A stretch of DNA of 64,000 nt from Eledone cirrhosa (taxonomy: Eukaryota), in assembly GCA_964016885.1 (NCBI GenBank), contig OZ024742.1, forward strand, positions 210,490,001 through 210,554,000, in the 5' to 3' direction. Made by a program: the position numbers and the translations under genes. The notes under the pieces are model-generated. The model worked only from the letters and a program-made list of their open reading frames with translations. It was not told the DNA's origin and ran no database searches. Below, piece by piece: positions 38,394 to 52,942 of the stretch. The number at the start of each line of letters is the position of its first letter. Positions within the stretch are counted from its first letter, which is position 1.

Positions 38394-39189
38394 CTGCCAA
38401 AATAAAAAGTTAAATATTATAATCTGTTTCAGTATAGATGTATAAGAATTGATTTGGTTTTGTTTTATTTTAAAATATTTTTGTCAAAATTGTAATGGAC
38501 AAAATGGTATTTAATCTGTTGTACCTTAAATAGAAAAACTTTACCCATTACTTATAAGGATAATTAGTTATGAAAATGGATAGACAAATGACTAAATATT
38601 TGCTGAGAACTGAAAAGCAAAGTAGAAATATTGGCATGACAAAATGTAGCAATTTAGAGAGAAGCTGATTTGTCCAAAGGAAGGAGAAAGGCATGGTAGC
38701 ATCAAACTTACTTCTGACAATGTCAAGCAACCGATATCTCAACTGAAATACCAGCAATGTCATGCCTGATTCTTCTACCTACCTTTTAGTAGTTCTCTCT
38801 CTGACTTAATTCTACTATTACTTTTAAGTATAGTAGTTCTACCACCATGTAGCCAAATATGCTCTGCGGTATTGATTTTAGTTAGCAATAGCAATATATA
38901 AGCCCTATCATTTGTTAAACTTTAATTTAGGATACTATGTACTTCGACTCATAAAGGTTCTTACTATCCAATGTTGTTATTAAACGGAAATACTTGTTAT
39001 CTTGACCAGGACGAAACAGTTCCCAGCCAGCATCCTGCTCCAACCAAAATCGAAAGAGCCTTCCTTTGAGATTTTACCAAATATCTATACCAACTCTGTA
39101 CCTAAACATACATTGTGTACTCCCCTGATATGTGGTCTTCATGATCTTTTGCTATGAACACTTCATATATATTTATGTGTATGTGTTTT

Positions 39190-41030
39190 ATCATCATCAT
39201 CACCGTTTAACATCAATTTTTCCACGCTCGCTGTTCCTTGTATGAGTTGGATGGGTCTTTTTCAGCTCAACATCCTCTCCTCTATGAGCCTAAGTGATTT
39301 GGGATCAGCTCTTACCACATCTGCCCAGGTCTTCCTTTATTGCAGCTTCCCTCCACTTGGTTTTCTTGACACTTCTTCACCCAGCAATCATCACATATGC
39401 ATAACATCACAATCTCCTCTTATGTGTACTACATCTGATTCTTCTTACACCCAGTTTCTCTTTCAGTTCATCAATGCTTTGTCATTCTCCCACATAAATA
39501 TTATACATATATCAAAGCATGTTTTCTTCATTTCTCTCCACCCTTCGCATATCCTTTGTCTCACTACCATACAGTATTGTACTTTGCATGCAAGCATCAT
39601 ACAGCCAACCATTTATTTGTAGGGATAAACCTTTCGTTGTTAACAGAGGTAGTAGCTCCCTAAACTGCTTCCATCCTGTCCTTATTCTAGCTACTACGCT
39701 CTCGGAGCACTCTCCTCCACTGTTAATTATATCACCTAGGTAGCAGAAGCCATTAACCACTTCTATTAATCCTTCCTGACATTGGAATAATACTATCAAT
39801 TGACCCTGAACATCTACTACATACAAAGTATTCCTTTCTTGTTAATCTGGCTGTTATCCCACTACACCTTTTGCACTGTGTACTCCTTTTCTATATATCA
39901 AGCAAAGCCACTTCTCTGATGGGCTCAGGGCCCTATCTTTCCTACTTATTAACACTTTGGTATTTGATAAGTTTACTCTTGATTCTAAGTTCTGATTCCA
40001 CAGCTGAATTTATGCTCTAGTTCTTCCACATATTCAGCAATGAGAGCCAAATCATCAGCATACAATATCCTGATTCACACTGACATACTACCTCACAATG
40101 CGGAACACCTCACGTCTCTGATCTTTACATCACCAGACATTGGCAAACCTCCTCTTTCAGCTTCTTTTCATGCGATGTATACTTGTCGCTTAGCTTCTCT
40201 TTTAGCTACCTAGTACTGGTCTCTGGTGCCCCCATTTTTCTATGCCTGTTTCTTGGCTTCAATGGCTCTATCTACTTAGCTTCCAAATTCTCCTCCTCCA
40301 GATTTACCTGCATCTCTTCTGTCTTCAGCTTATTCTGATGTCGCTAATAACTAACTTATGTTTGGAAGTGCATTCTTCTCTGGGGAAGGTCTTAATATTT
40401 ATAACCATCTATCTTGTTTTGTAACACATACAAAATCAATCTGGCATCTGTGTTCACCTGACTAGTAGGTGATTAGGTAGCTTGCCGGTTTCCTAAAGTT
40501 AGTGTTGCCTTCATTTAGTTCATTTGCATCACAGAATTTTAGGAGCCTCATTCCCTCTTAAGCCATAGCCAAGCTTGTTTTGTCCGACATGTCCATTGAA
40601 GTCGCCTGCAAGGATGATTAGGCCTTTATCATCAGTAAGTGAGGTTACCTGTAAAAGTTGCTCATAAAAGTGATCCTGTTGTTCCTTACTTAGTCCCTCT
40701 TGTAGTGTTTAGCTAGAGATAATTGTCGTCATTCTATTGACTTTAACTTCAAGTTTGAAAATTTTGTTGCTAAATCTAACTACTTCATTTAACTTATCTA
40801 TCCACTTCTCAGCTAATAGATTACCTACTCCATCTACTCCACATCATTGCCTTCCCAGAAAAGCTTGTATCTACATTGTTCGCCTGTGAGAAGTTTTGTA
40901 GAGGCAACCTCTCTATCTCACCTCTTGAATACAGCGTACATCCACTCGTCTTTCAAGCAACTCCACAATTTCACCTAATCTAACTTTCAGTGTCCCCACA
41001 TTGAGTGTTGCAACCCTGAGATGTGTTACC
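39190..41030 (-). mobile_element. RTE-clade LINE, internally deleted and degenerate
   Basis: APE start (TLNVGTL, CIQEVR), AGDFNGHVG, YADDL, FCYLGD...ARIRTGW motifs. (ATG)n tail. Confidence 0.85.
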
Positions 41031-43573
41031 TGACAGTGGTGTTTAGGTCCTTTGATAATAGTTTTTTGGCTTGGAAAGGAATAAGGGTGTACAATTGCTT
41101 GATAACAGTGGAGAGGTTCTCACACATGGCTATGTTAGCCACCTCAATTAGTGAGAGACATATATATATATATATGTGTGTGCGTGTGTGATATTGATGG
41201 ATGTGAGAAGGAGTACTCAATACTAAAGTAGAGTTTAAATATTCTTTATTATGGTGAGTCTTATTACTGTGCACTCACAGAATCATCAGGCAAGACTAAA
41301 TTTTCAATAGCAGAGAGAAGTATAAATTGGGGAAGACTTATGTAATGAAGAATGCAGTGGAGAGGTGTTTTGGGATGGATATGGGTATGCTAAATTACGT
41401 ATGGCAATAAAATTGCATACTGTAAAGCAACTGCTCTTATAAATGTAGTTTGTAAGACTTGGTAAGTATACTTGCTTTTGAATGATACGACACCATAACA
41501 TATGTATTTGATATGTTCATGATCTACATGTTAAATATGTTGTAGTAACTTTGATGCAGCATGCTCAATTGTGCTTGCAACTTGTGCTGAAGTTACACCT
41601 AAAGTGAGGTAGAGGCTAGTTGATCATTTGTAGTCTATATCAATAACCTTATGTAGGCCTAATTGATGTTTATTTGTTTATTCCAATTTCTTGTTTAGTG
41701 TTAAATATTGAAATTTAGAAAAGTTGAAAGCTTTGTATTTTTTAGATGTAATTCTTTTGAAAAGTATGAGATATATTTTAAACAACACATGTTAAAAATG
41801 ACAAAATACTTATGTCCTTTATGCAAAAAAAAAAAAAATGAAATTATATATTTAAAATAATATACATATATTAAAAGTGACAAAAAACTTATTTGTGCCA
41901 CTCCATTCCAAAATCAATGAATATTATACATAGCAAAACGATGGAATGATGTATTTAAAAGGATATCTATAAAATAATAAAACACTTAAGGCTGCAAGAA
42001 ATCAATGCCTTCTGTATCACCAACTTGAATTGCAAATCATTGAAGAAATTTTTTGATAGAGTTCATTTATAATGAAATCTTTCTAAATATTAGTTTCTGA
42101 TTTAAGCACAAGGCTAACAATTTTGGGGAAGGGGAAAGTCAATTAAATTAACCCCAGTGTATTAGTGCATTACTGGTATTTTATTTTATCAACCCTATAA
42201 GGATGAAAAGCAAAGCTAACTTAAGTGGGATGTTAAGGGATATAACCATATGCTGCAAAGTATGTTATCCGACACTTTACTGCCAATCTACCGCCCTTTC
42301 TAAATAATGATATTTGACACAAGAAAAGACAAATAAGTGGCTCTTCCACATAAGTACTGTGGAACTCACCTGAGGCAAACTGGCCATAGGGTGATTGGAG
42401 CAATGCTCGATGAGCTGCTTGGCTGCGTAAACAAAAATCAACTAGAAAACTGCTGGCTCTCAGCAGTCAATTTGTGTTGCCTGGGGCAGTTTTATAACCT
42501 AGTTCGTTCTGATACTCGGAATAGAGTAGGAAAGCCTACCCTATATCCCAAACTAGAGTTACAAATAGCTGATAATTCGTAGAAATTCTTTCATAATTAA
42601 ATCTTTAAGAATAAAGAGATTGCTGATTTAATGAGTTTATTTATTTGTATCATTTAATTATTTCTTATACTTAACCCCCTTATAATGCAAAGCTTTTGGT
42701 ATTTAAGTTTTATTTTAAGCTATCACTTTTCTAGATTCCACTTTTTAACATTGTAAGCAGGAAATTGGTTGTGTGCAGGCCTTTACAATCTGAGTTCAAA
42801 TCCCGCCGAGGTTAACTTTGCCTTTCATCCTTACGAGGTCGATAAAATAAAGTACCAGTAATGCATTGGAATAATTGCTGGCCTTGTGCCAAAAGTAGAA
42901 ACAATTACTTATTTATTTAATCAATTTAAATGTCCGTATAGAAGGAGTAAGCTCTGACAGACAAGATGAGGTATCTAATACTCCTTACAATTAAGAAACA
43001 AAATATAAGTGAGATAGAGAGAAAAAACAAAAGAAAGAGAAGGACAATGGGAGGCAAAAGAAGCATAAATAAGAAAAAAAAGGTGAAAAACAAGGATAAC
43101 AATAAAACAGCTAAAAGTTCGAGGAGCCATTACTCAATACTGAAATGTGATCAATTAGTTGATATTTGTAAAAATAATATTGATTTCTAATTTAGGCGCA
43201 AGGCCAGCAAATTTGGGAGAAAGAGAAAGTTGATTAAATAAACTCCAGTACTTGACTGATACTTTATATTATCGACCCCAGAAAGATGAAAAGGAAAGTT
43301 GACCTCTGCAGGATGTAAAGAACCAAAACAAATACTGCAATGGCATTTTATCCAACGCTCTACCAATTCTGTTAATCCACCACCCTAAAAATAATATTAA
43401 TGATATTAAAATTATTTCCAACTTAAGAATGTACAGTATAAAATGTTCAAAAGTGATAAAAAATGTGATTAGTGTTCATTCTGAGGATGACATGATTGGA
43501 TCTGTCGTAAGATATTGCAGTCATGACAATGTTTGAGGTGTCTGTAAAATATTTTAGTAAAATGTTTAACTCT

Positions 43574-44308
43574 CTGTATACAGCTATGGTGCGACCACAC
43601 TTGGAATTCGCATCATCAGTCTGGAACCCCTATCTTGCTCGGAACATTGACCTCCTGGAAACTGTTCAGAGACGTGCAACCAAGCGCATACCCTCCATCA
43701 GACACCTACCATACTCTGAACGCCTTGCTTCCCTGGGCATGGATTCATTGAAGCTCCGACGTCTGGCAGTGGACTTGGTGAATACCCACAAAGTTTTTAA
43801 CCATCTCGCCAACTGCAACCCTGAGCGGCTCTTTGATCTCCATGTGTCTAACACACGTGGACATGCCTACAAGATAAGAAAACAGCACAGCTCCCATGAC
43901 TTTCGCAGACATTTTTTCACGCTCAGAGTTGCTGAAACATGGAACAAACTGCCTGCGTCAATTGTTAGCTGCCGAGACACTGCATCCTTTAAGACACTCA
44001 TGCTTCCCGAAATACGCCAAAACTACACCTGATGTGCCCCTTCCATACACATGCACACATGTGTGCACTGTTCATTTTACTGATGTTTGTGCATTGCCCT
44101 ATGTACTGTACATGCACTTTTTTGATGGGTTGTGGTGCACCTGGGCACTGTGCACAATATTTCATTATTGTTATTGTTATTATAGCATGACTCATACACT
44201 GTTTATTTTCCTGACATTTGTACATTATTCTATGTACTATACATGCACCTTTGATGAGTTGTAGTGCACCTGAGCACTGTACACAATAATTTCATTATCA
44301 TTATTATT
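43574..44308 (+). mobile_element. CR1-clade LINE 3' fragment, young
   Basis: Nearly identical to 6464-7200. Confidence 0.92.
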
Positions 44309-46363
44309 TAGCATTTAAACTGGCTGTATCCCACCAGAATTCTCTCACCTTTTTCTGTTCAAACCGGCCATAACTTGGGCTTATACTGATGTTAAGGTAT
44401 TGTTCTCAAAATAAATAATATCAAAATCTCATATATTCGATATTATGTGAGGTAAAATCTTTACCATGAAAATATAGAGTAATGTAAATGCTAAAGTGTT
44501 AATAGAGTTGTTTCTACATATCTTCGTTTGTTAGAATTTGATAAATATATTGACAGTATTGTGAAAGCTTTAATAAAGAAAATAATAATTAACTTATTGC
44601 TACTGTCATGATTGGAATTATTGAAAGCTTGAAGCTGATATTCCTTCAGTTATTTTAATTAGCAACGTTTCATACTTATGCTGACTGTCTACCAAGAAGC
44701 TTGGAATTTCTTATATCAGAAACACATGTGGTTTTCTCTTTCACACTATAGACAGCTTATAAAAAACCAGTTAATTAATGATGGAGAAACCTCATTAAAA
44801 AATTCTATGAAATACAAAGCTAGGTGGTTATCTATTGAATCGATGGTTTGAAATTCTAAAAAAAAATGAAAAGTGCTATACTGCCAAAATCATTATAAAA
44901 TGTATTCAGATGAAAATAACTTGGTATATTTATTATTTATGCTTCCCATTCTTGATAAACTGAATCAATGCCTGCTTATCTCTACAACCAACCTTCACAA
45001 TAGAATATGACTTGGTAGCATGTATCATGCCTTCACTAAGGGTTTTAGGTACCCATGAAATCTTGAGCAGATACAGACACCCTCTCAACCCTCCCTCCAG
45101 CAGAACATCCATGATGTGACAGCTAGTAGGAGAGAGAGAGAGAGCTGCACCAACACTAGGATGAAAGGCAAAGTTGTCCTCAGTGGGATTTGAACTCATA
45201 ATGCAGAGGCCTGAAAAAATATCCAGTGCTCCAGCAACTCTATCAAATCAGCCACTAAAGACTGCATATAAAAGCAAATTAATGGACGATTTAATGTTAT
45301 TTGTAAAATCATATGAAAATAAACTAAAATTACCAATGTCTCAATTAGATGTATTGACTTGTACTACATCTTACTCCACTCTGCACTGCCTCTCCCAACA
45401 TACTCTAATTACAGCCTGTATTCTATTACTCCCTCCAATACTGTCTTACTCCCATTCCTTCAGACTCAGCTATCCCATCACTCCAATTCAGTCTGTCTTT
45501 CCCATCATACTCTTGCATCCCTCACAAACTCACCCTGATCTTATGCCATTGCTCTCCCTTCTATTTATTCTCTTTAGTTATTTAAAAATTATGAATTACA
45601 AAATAGTTTAAAATTACATATGATAGTCATCAACAACAGTGTGAGTGTGTCCCCATGAAATATATACATGTACACCATAAGGAACCAAACTCCTACTGTC
45701 ATTGCCTCTGTCTCTCCCCCATCTCTCACTATTATCAGTGATTGGGGGCCTATGCATTGGCTTCCCCGCAGCTCCAGCGAAAAATAGACTCTTTGTCACA
45801 TTGCCTTGAATGAACGAATAGAACATAGGGTAGTATGTACCCTTTAGTGTTGCAGTCTCTAAGGCAAACTCAAAACTGCGACGGCACCATAAAATACACC
45901 CAGTACACTCTGCAAATTGGTATGACAATGTAGCGTTAAAAGGACCCTTTAACTTTACTGAAGACATAATAATCTCTTTGGTGCTGGTGCCCCAATAAAT
46001 TCAGCAAGTAAAGTGGTTGGTGTTAGGAAGTGTAACTAGTTGTATAAATCATGCTAAAAATGGTATGAATGAACCAAGTTGTGGCTCTCTGACCTGTCTC
46101 GTCTCAAATCATGATGTCCTGTTCAACCCAAGCTGGCATAAAAATTGGACATAAAATGATGGTAATCATAATTATATAAGACATTGTAATTTTTCTAAAT
46201 CAAATTTTCACCATCAGAAATGAAACCATACAAAAACCTTAACTTAACTTCTTCATGACTATTAATAAATATAGTAATATGAAGAAGTTCTCCATGTCAA
46301 ACATGATCAAGGATACCTCTGATCAAAAGTGTTCTAACAATGGCTATCCTGTTTGGTTTTCAA

Positions 46364-46647
46364 TCAGAGGTTCCCAGACTTTTGGGTCCACTGCACCCCC
46401 ACCCCTATTTCTAGAGATACCTGCCTACATGCAAATTGTAAATAATATATAATAAATAAAATCATTAATTTATATATAATAATATATACTATGTATAAAT
46501 AAAAATATAATTTTTTTATTTATTTATAATATGTATCACTTGATATTTAATATGCTATTATATCATCTCTACCACTGCCCCTTAGGTACCCTGGACCTTC
46601 TCAGTGCCACCCAGGGGAGCAGTAGCACCCACTTTGAGAACTTCTGC
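46364..46647. mobile_element. Old hAT-like MITE
   Basis: CAGAGGTTCCCAGA ... TTTGAGAACTTCTG imperfect TIRs. Similar remnants at ~30233-30374 and ~48148-48284. Confidence 0.45.
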
Positions 46648-47247
46648 TCTAGATCTACATTACTGTGTATCCTTCTTCTTTAAGACAGTAGGATTCAGAA
46701 TGTATGAAAAGCCAGAAGATATACAATGCAAGAATTGGTTAATCCAGTAATAATATTTCTATGGAAATTCATCATTCATATGTTTCAATGAATTTTTAAT
46801 ATAATCAAAATTTAAAATAACTAACATTTTCATTAAGGTTGTTTGGGAACATAATTTAAACAAAAGTTTCTTACATGAACATTTTTTGGAGGTTTTGTAT
46901 CATAGAATGGAAGGCTATCTTAGTCAGGTTGGTTTCAAAAGGATTTATTAAAGTGACAACTTTTGTTCAGATTAATTAACTATCAATTAAGAAAAATGCT
47001 CCTATTTTGGGTTTAATCACACTTTTTATGGGACTGCTCAATGCTCTTTAGCTCCAAGTGTTTTGATAGAACATTGCTTTCATATCTTCAAATTTTAGCA
47101 GTAATAATCTACAGTAGTGTATTTATTCTATGTGAAAATTTGACATAAGTATACTTTTAACTATAAAAAATATTTCAAATACTAGATGCTACATAACTGT
47201 CTATATTTGGCTCTATAAACTTTTGATATTTGAATAAATCAACTCAC

Positions 47248-47285
47248 CATAGATTTAAGACATCGGAACTCAGTCCCAAGTTCAT
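47248..47285 (-). CDS. Candidate upstream exon of the VTD-like gene (38 nt)
   Basis: Strong ttcttttccag acceptor and gtgagt donor. Read as MNLGLSSDVLNL+tg, it joins the phase-2 terminal exon in frame (W-PVIRQ). A second open frame exists. Confidence 0.4.
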
Positions 47286-50200
47286 CTGGAAAAGAATATA
47301 ATGTTAAATTCAATTTTGTATTTACCAATACTACCAGAAATAATGCTATTGAACACAATTATTCTTTTACTGGTTTCATTCATTGGACTGTGGCCATACT
47401 AGAGCACTACTTTCAAGGGTATAGTTGATCATATTGACCCCAGTATTTATTTTAAAGTTTTGTATTTATCTCATCAATCTCTATTTATCAAATTACTAAG
47501 CATTAGTTGTTAAGTGATGTAAACAAAGAAATAGACATACACGACTGGCTTCTGCACAGTTTCCGTCTACCAAATTTCTCTCACAAGGCATTGGTTTATA
47601 GTAGAAGACACTTGCCTAAGGTGCCACACAGTGGGACCCAATTAGAAACCATAAGTTATAGTGTTGCTTTCCTACTGCTGCACACAATCAGTATTTGTAG
47701 GATTCAACTCAATTGTATTTACTATTAATTATTTTATCGACCTTAGAGCAATAAAATTTAAAGTCAATCCCAGAGGGTTTTGAACTAAGAAACTAGAGGG
47801 TTGATATAAAATACAGTAATACACTTTAACTTCTAACATCCTGTACCACATGAAACTGCATTAGCATTCTTGAACAGTACAAAACAGCATTATCACTGCA
47901 TCACATAAAAAATTAAAGTCTTTAAAACTGTAAATTTTCACACTAATAAAGACACTACAAACATTTAAATAAATAAATCTATCTTCTAGATATTTTCTGC
48001 TAAATCATAATAGGATGTTAAAAGTTAAAGCCTTAGCCATCTCTACCCTCCTAATAAGATGTTACATTTACTTCTTACATAAGGTTTACAAGCAAAAGAA
48101 GCTTGTGCTTAGAGCCTCAAGTAAAGAGGAGTTCCATAGTTTTTTTCCAGTGCCAGATTTACAATGGATCACCATGCAATTTTGCAGCTGAAAAATGGCC
48201 TATAACCCCCCCCCCCCCCCCCTCCCCAACTTCAACCACAATCTTTTCAGGGCTTAGGGCCCCAAAATGTCTAAATTCAGGCTAGTTTACAAGGAGGAAA
48301 TTTATGAGATCTAAATTTTTATAAAAAGGGCACAGGAAACATTTTTTCAAAAGAAAAGGATATAATTAATTGCATTCCTGTATATTACAGATGGAATTAT
48401 ATAGTCCACCAAATATTGACAGGAACAGCTAACTCTAACATTATTTCAAAGTCAAGTGCCAAGATTGAATACTCTAAGTCATTTAATTCAGTGCTCAATT
48501 GCATATTTCCTACTCCTCACACTTGTGCTATAGCAATTTCACAATTAATAGCATTAATTTAAACAGGTTGTATTTCAAAATGTTTACAAAGTAGATTTTG
48601 CCATGAAAATGTGGTTGGCATTAGCAAGGGCATCCAACTGTAGAAAACCAAGCCAAAATTGGATTATATGAGCAAGATATGATCATCCAACCTGTCTGAC
48701 CTCATAACATGACAGCCTCTCTAACCCATGCAAACATGGAAGATCAACATTAAATAGTGATCATGATGATGATGAATCACAAATATTTTACTTTTACAGT
48801 CCAATCGATTGATCAATGGACAAGATCCCAGACTTTATTCGTTTACCAGGGTGGAACTCAGCTGACCAAGGAAACAATTAGATACTATCTACTGGTTGCA
48901 ACTCCCGGCAAAAGGAGTAACATGAAATAAAGTGTCTTGCTCAAGAACATAACATATTGCCCTGTCTGGGAATCAAACTCACTATCTCATGATTATGAAT
49001 CCAATTCTCTAACCACTAAGCCATATGCCTTCACAATCCAATCAACCATAATTAAAAGTTGAGGCAAAAGAGTGAAAAGTTGGCATATTATGTATGTCTT
49101 CTTTTTTTACATTCTCTTGTTCCTTTGTTGAAACATTTTTCTCTCACTCTCTCTCAACCACACTCACCTACAAACACAATATATACTTATTTGGTGTTAG
49201 GAAATGGCATCCAGCCATATAAAACCAAGTCCAAAATGGAGCATATGAGCAAGACATGGTCACTTGACTTTTCAAACCACATATGACAGCCCATCTAACC
49301 CATGCAAGCATATAAAAAAAAAAACAGTGATGATAATGATGATATTTATACATGTTTTGTATGAGCAAAACATGATCACCTGATTTGAATTGTCTCACAA
49401 CTGGACAACTTATATAACCCATGCTAGCATGGAAAATGGACATTAAATGATGATGATGATGAGGTCACACCCCCATTGTGTTTATGATATTTTGGTATGT
49501 ATTTCATATATATGTTTTGCTTGCAGTTGTGATAAAATATAAGAATGAGTCATTGCCAATGTAGTTTAGCAAAATACTGGAACCATAAATATTGTAGTAA
49601 CATATTTTTATGTTCCAAAACTAAAATATAAAATGGTACATTTAAATCTTTTAATTATTATTTTAACTGAACATATTTCACATGGTGTTTAAGAATGTGT
49701 TTTAAGGTCAACTTCTTCCCATGAGGGGCTAGCTTGCTTTTGAAAAAGTAATATTGTTGCTTTTCTGTTGACAGGTGGGGGATTTGAATCCACAAAGCAT
49801 CTTTTCTGACTCTCTAATGGCTCTATTAGCATAGACTTTTAACCCTCTAACATGTAAACCAGACGAATCCGGCCAGAATTCTCTCATCTATTTCTGTTCA
49901 AACCAGCTGTAACCAGCTGCTCATACTGATGTTAAGGTATTGTTCTCAAAATAAATAACATCAAAATCTCATAGATTCGATATTAATGGGAGTAATTTTT
50001 GTTTTCATATCAGGTCATTAATATATGTTTACAATGGCAATATTTATATAGACCAAGTAGTGACATGATCAACCTGCAATAATTACTAAATCATGTGTGT
50101 GTGTTAGTGAGTGCTGAAAATTTCAAACCTAGAGCAATGTCCATTGGAAAAGTTGCACATGATCTTTTGTGTTCCATCTGTTAGAGTAATGTGCTTTATT

Positions 50201-51027
50201 AGCTGGTGATTGTTGCTGTTGAACCTTCATCGCTTCCTACAACACATTCTAGTTGATCAGACAATAGAACAGCTTGCTCATGAAATTAACATACAAGTGA
50301 CCAAGCATTCCACATTCATGTGTAGTCTTAACATAACTTAGAGAAATTCAGCATGACAGAAGTGTAAGACTTTGAATTACAGGTGCAACTCACTTTTGCC
50401 AGCTGAATGGATTGGAGCAATGTGAATTAAAGTGTCTTGTTCAATGAGTCACTATGAATCGAACTCACAACTTTATGATCATGAGCTGAACATGCATGAT
50501 ATTGTGCTTACAATCTACCAGAGAGTTTCAAAAGAGTATTCTAACTAAAATACACTCAAGCAATCCCATAACGTTTCAAAAATAAGGAAACACACAAATC
50601 GACCATAAAAGCCAGCTCTGTATAGCCTTATTTTTCTGCATGTTGATGTTTGTACTCTGTTTACTACAGATAAAAAGAAACCAAAATCTTGAAACATAAA
50701 AAATACGCAGAGTATTTGTACATCTGTAAGCTAAGCCATGTAAGTTAATTCAAATGACTAGCTGATATATCTAATGTTAGAAATCATTATGGCATAGTAT
50801 TTTAATGTACATGTTCCAAAACCACAATGAGAAACAAAGGTTTTATACAATGTTGCCAGACACAAGGACTTCGCAACTCATTGATTGTGTATTCCTTCTT
50901 GTAAGAGATTTAATCTCAGTTTTGAAAACTCACAAATTATACTTTCTACTTCAAGAATAAATAGAAAGTATATTTGAATGCCATATACAATTAACTATTG
51001 CAATGTTTCATTCAATTATGACTTATA

Positions 51028-52087
51028 TTAACCCTTTAACATTTAAACCAGCTGTATCTGGCCAGAATTCTCTCACCTCTTTCTGTTCAAACCGGCCACT
51101 TGTACTTTCATTAAGGTATTGTTCTCAAAATAAATTGTATCAAAATCTCATAGATTCGATATTATGTGAGCTAATTACAGGGTGTGGATGATATTTATTC
51201 GCAATTTTCAACTGCTAATTTTATGCCAATTTTTTTTACTTCCGCTGTCACTCTTGTCTTCATAAAAACAGTGACTATATTTCCATTATTTATTTTCAGA
51301 ATAATTGATTATGAATAATTTTGAACCTCCAAATTTGTGGAAGAGACAGAGTTCTTCTTGGAATTCGCGCCGGGAGGACAAATAAGACCAGAAGATCAAC
51401 TCCCAGACCAACAGGTGGCTCGCTGTCTCATCCAAAAGACGTGCCCAGAGTCATGCAAACAAAGTTTCCGGCAACAACATTGGTCTTAGGTGTCATCAGC
51501 AGTCAAGCTGAACACCGATGGCTACATCAGCATTCTGAGTGAGGTAGTAAAGCCCTGGATCGACCAGATAGCTGCAGGTAGGCCGTACGTGTGGCAGCAA
51601 GACTCAGCGCCTTGCCATACCAGCCGAAAGACCCAAGCCTGGCTGTCAGAGAACTTCGTCGACCACACTTCACCTGACATCTAGCCTCCCAGCTCGCCTG
51701 ACTGCAACCCCCTCGACTTCTTTGTTTGGGGCGCAGTGGAACGAGACACCAACAGCTCTAGCTGCAATATGAAAGACAATCTGAAGACCAGGATCACAAG
51801 TGCCTTTAGGGGCCTAAGTCAAGGGACAGTGACGAAGGCCTGTAGCCGGTTTCGAGGCTGTCATCAAAGCCAATGGCGGGTTTATCGAGTGAGATCAAAA
51901 GAACAAGTCATGAAGACAAACTGACCCAAGTTTGATAAATAAATCTTAAAAAATAAAACTACTCTGTTATTTTTTCCTAGACAGTAATCTTGCGAACAGA
52001 TATCGTCCGCACCCTGTATGTGAAGTAAAGCCTTTACAGTGAAAATATAATAGTAAATATAGAGTAATGTAAATGCTAAAGGGTTAA
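51028..52087. mobile_element. piggyBac-like MITE hosting the maT insertion
   Basis: TTAA-CCCTTTA.CATTTA ... TAAATGCTAAAGGG-TTAA. Confidence 0.8.
51178..52016 (+). mobile_element. Tc1/mariner superfamily DD37D (maT) transposon, internally deleted
   Basis: 27-bp TIRs CAGGGTG(T/C)GGA(T/C)GATAT..., TA on both sides. WQQDSAPCH...*PPSSPDCNPLDF has 37 residues between the 2nd and 3rd Asp. Confidence 0.9.
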
Positions 52088-52942
52088 ACAATAGGAAGGA
52101 TAGCTTATTGTTAAGGTGTTAGTTTGATTTGCATGATTTTAGGTTCTGAGTTCAAATCCTGAGGTTAACTTTACCTTTCATCCTTACAGGGTCAATAAAA
52201 TAAAGTACCAGTAATGCTATGGAGTTGATTTAATCAATGTTCCTCTTCCTTTCATATTATTGGCTATGTGCCAATAGTAGAAACGATTATTAAAGACATC
52301 ACATACACAAAGGGTAGTATATTGGCAGAGTCAGTAGAGCGTCAGACAAATGCTTAGCAGTATTTGTTCCAGCTATTTATTCTCTGAGTTCAAGCCCCCA
52401 CAGAAGTGAACTTTGCTTTTCATCCTTCTGTGATTAGTAAAATAAAGTGCCAGTCACATAATGGGGTGGATATAATCAACTTGCACTTTCCCATAAATTG
52501 CTGGCTTTGGCCTAAACTAGAAACCATTTTTAAAGACAGACAATTACTTCCAGTATTGAACAATTGTAATTCCCCAGACTGAATAAGAAGTGGTATATAG
52601 AATGGATTTTGTCAACGTCAATTTATAGTTGTTTTTTACAAAGATCAAAGTGGTATAAATCACAAACTAGGCTTTATTCATAATTGTTTAATATCAGTTT
52701 CCATCCTATCCTTGGAGTCATGTAGTCAACTGCTAAAATACAAGGAGGAAGGCTCCGGCACCCCTTGTTGATTTAATATTTACTTTCATTTTGATTCTAT
52801 ATTTTCATGAGAATATTTATGTAATTATGTAATAGAGATATATGTATGTTTTGAATTTGACAGCTATGGCATTTGTTTATAATATTGTCAGTATATTTGT
52901 TTGGGGAAAATGAGAATTATGTAATTTCATGTACATCGTTTA

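Noticed and set aside
43481-43520. Hammerhead-like CTGAGGA-TGACA...TGTC-GTAA
   Set aside because: The GAAA core is broken and stems I and III are not evident.
43410-44770. Possible extra - strand exons of the VTD-like gene near 43540 and 44750
   Set aside because: Acceptor-like sites are followed by stops in plausible frames or lack a convincing donor.
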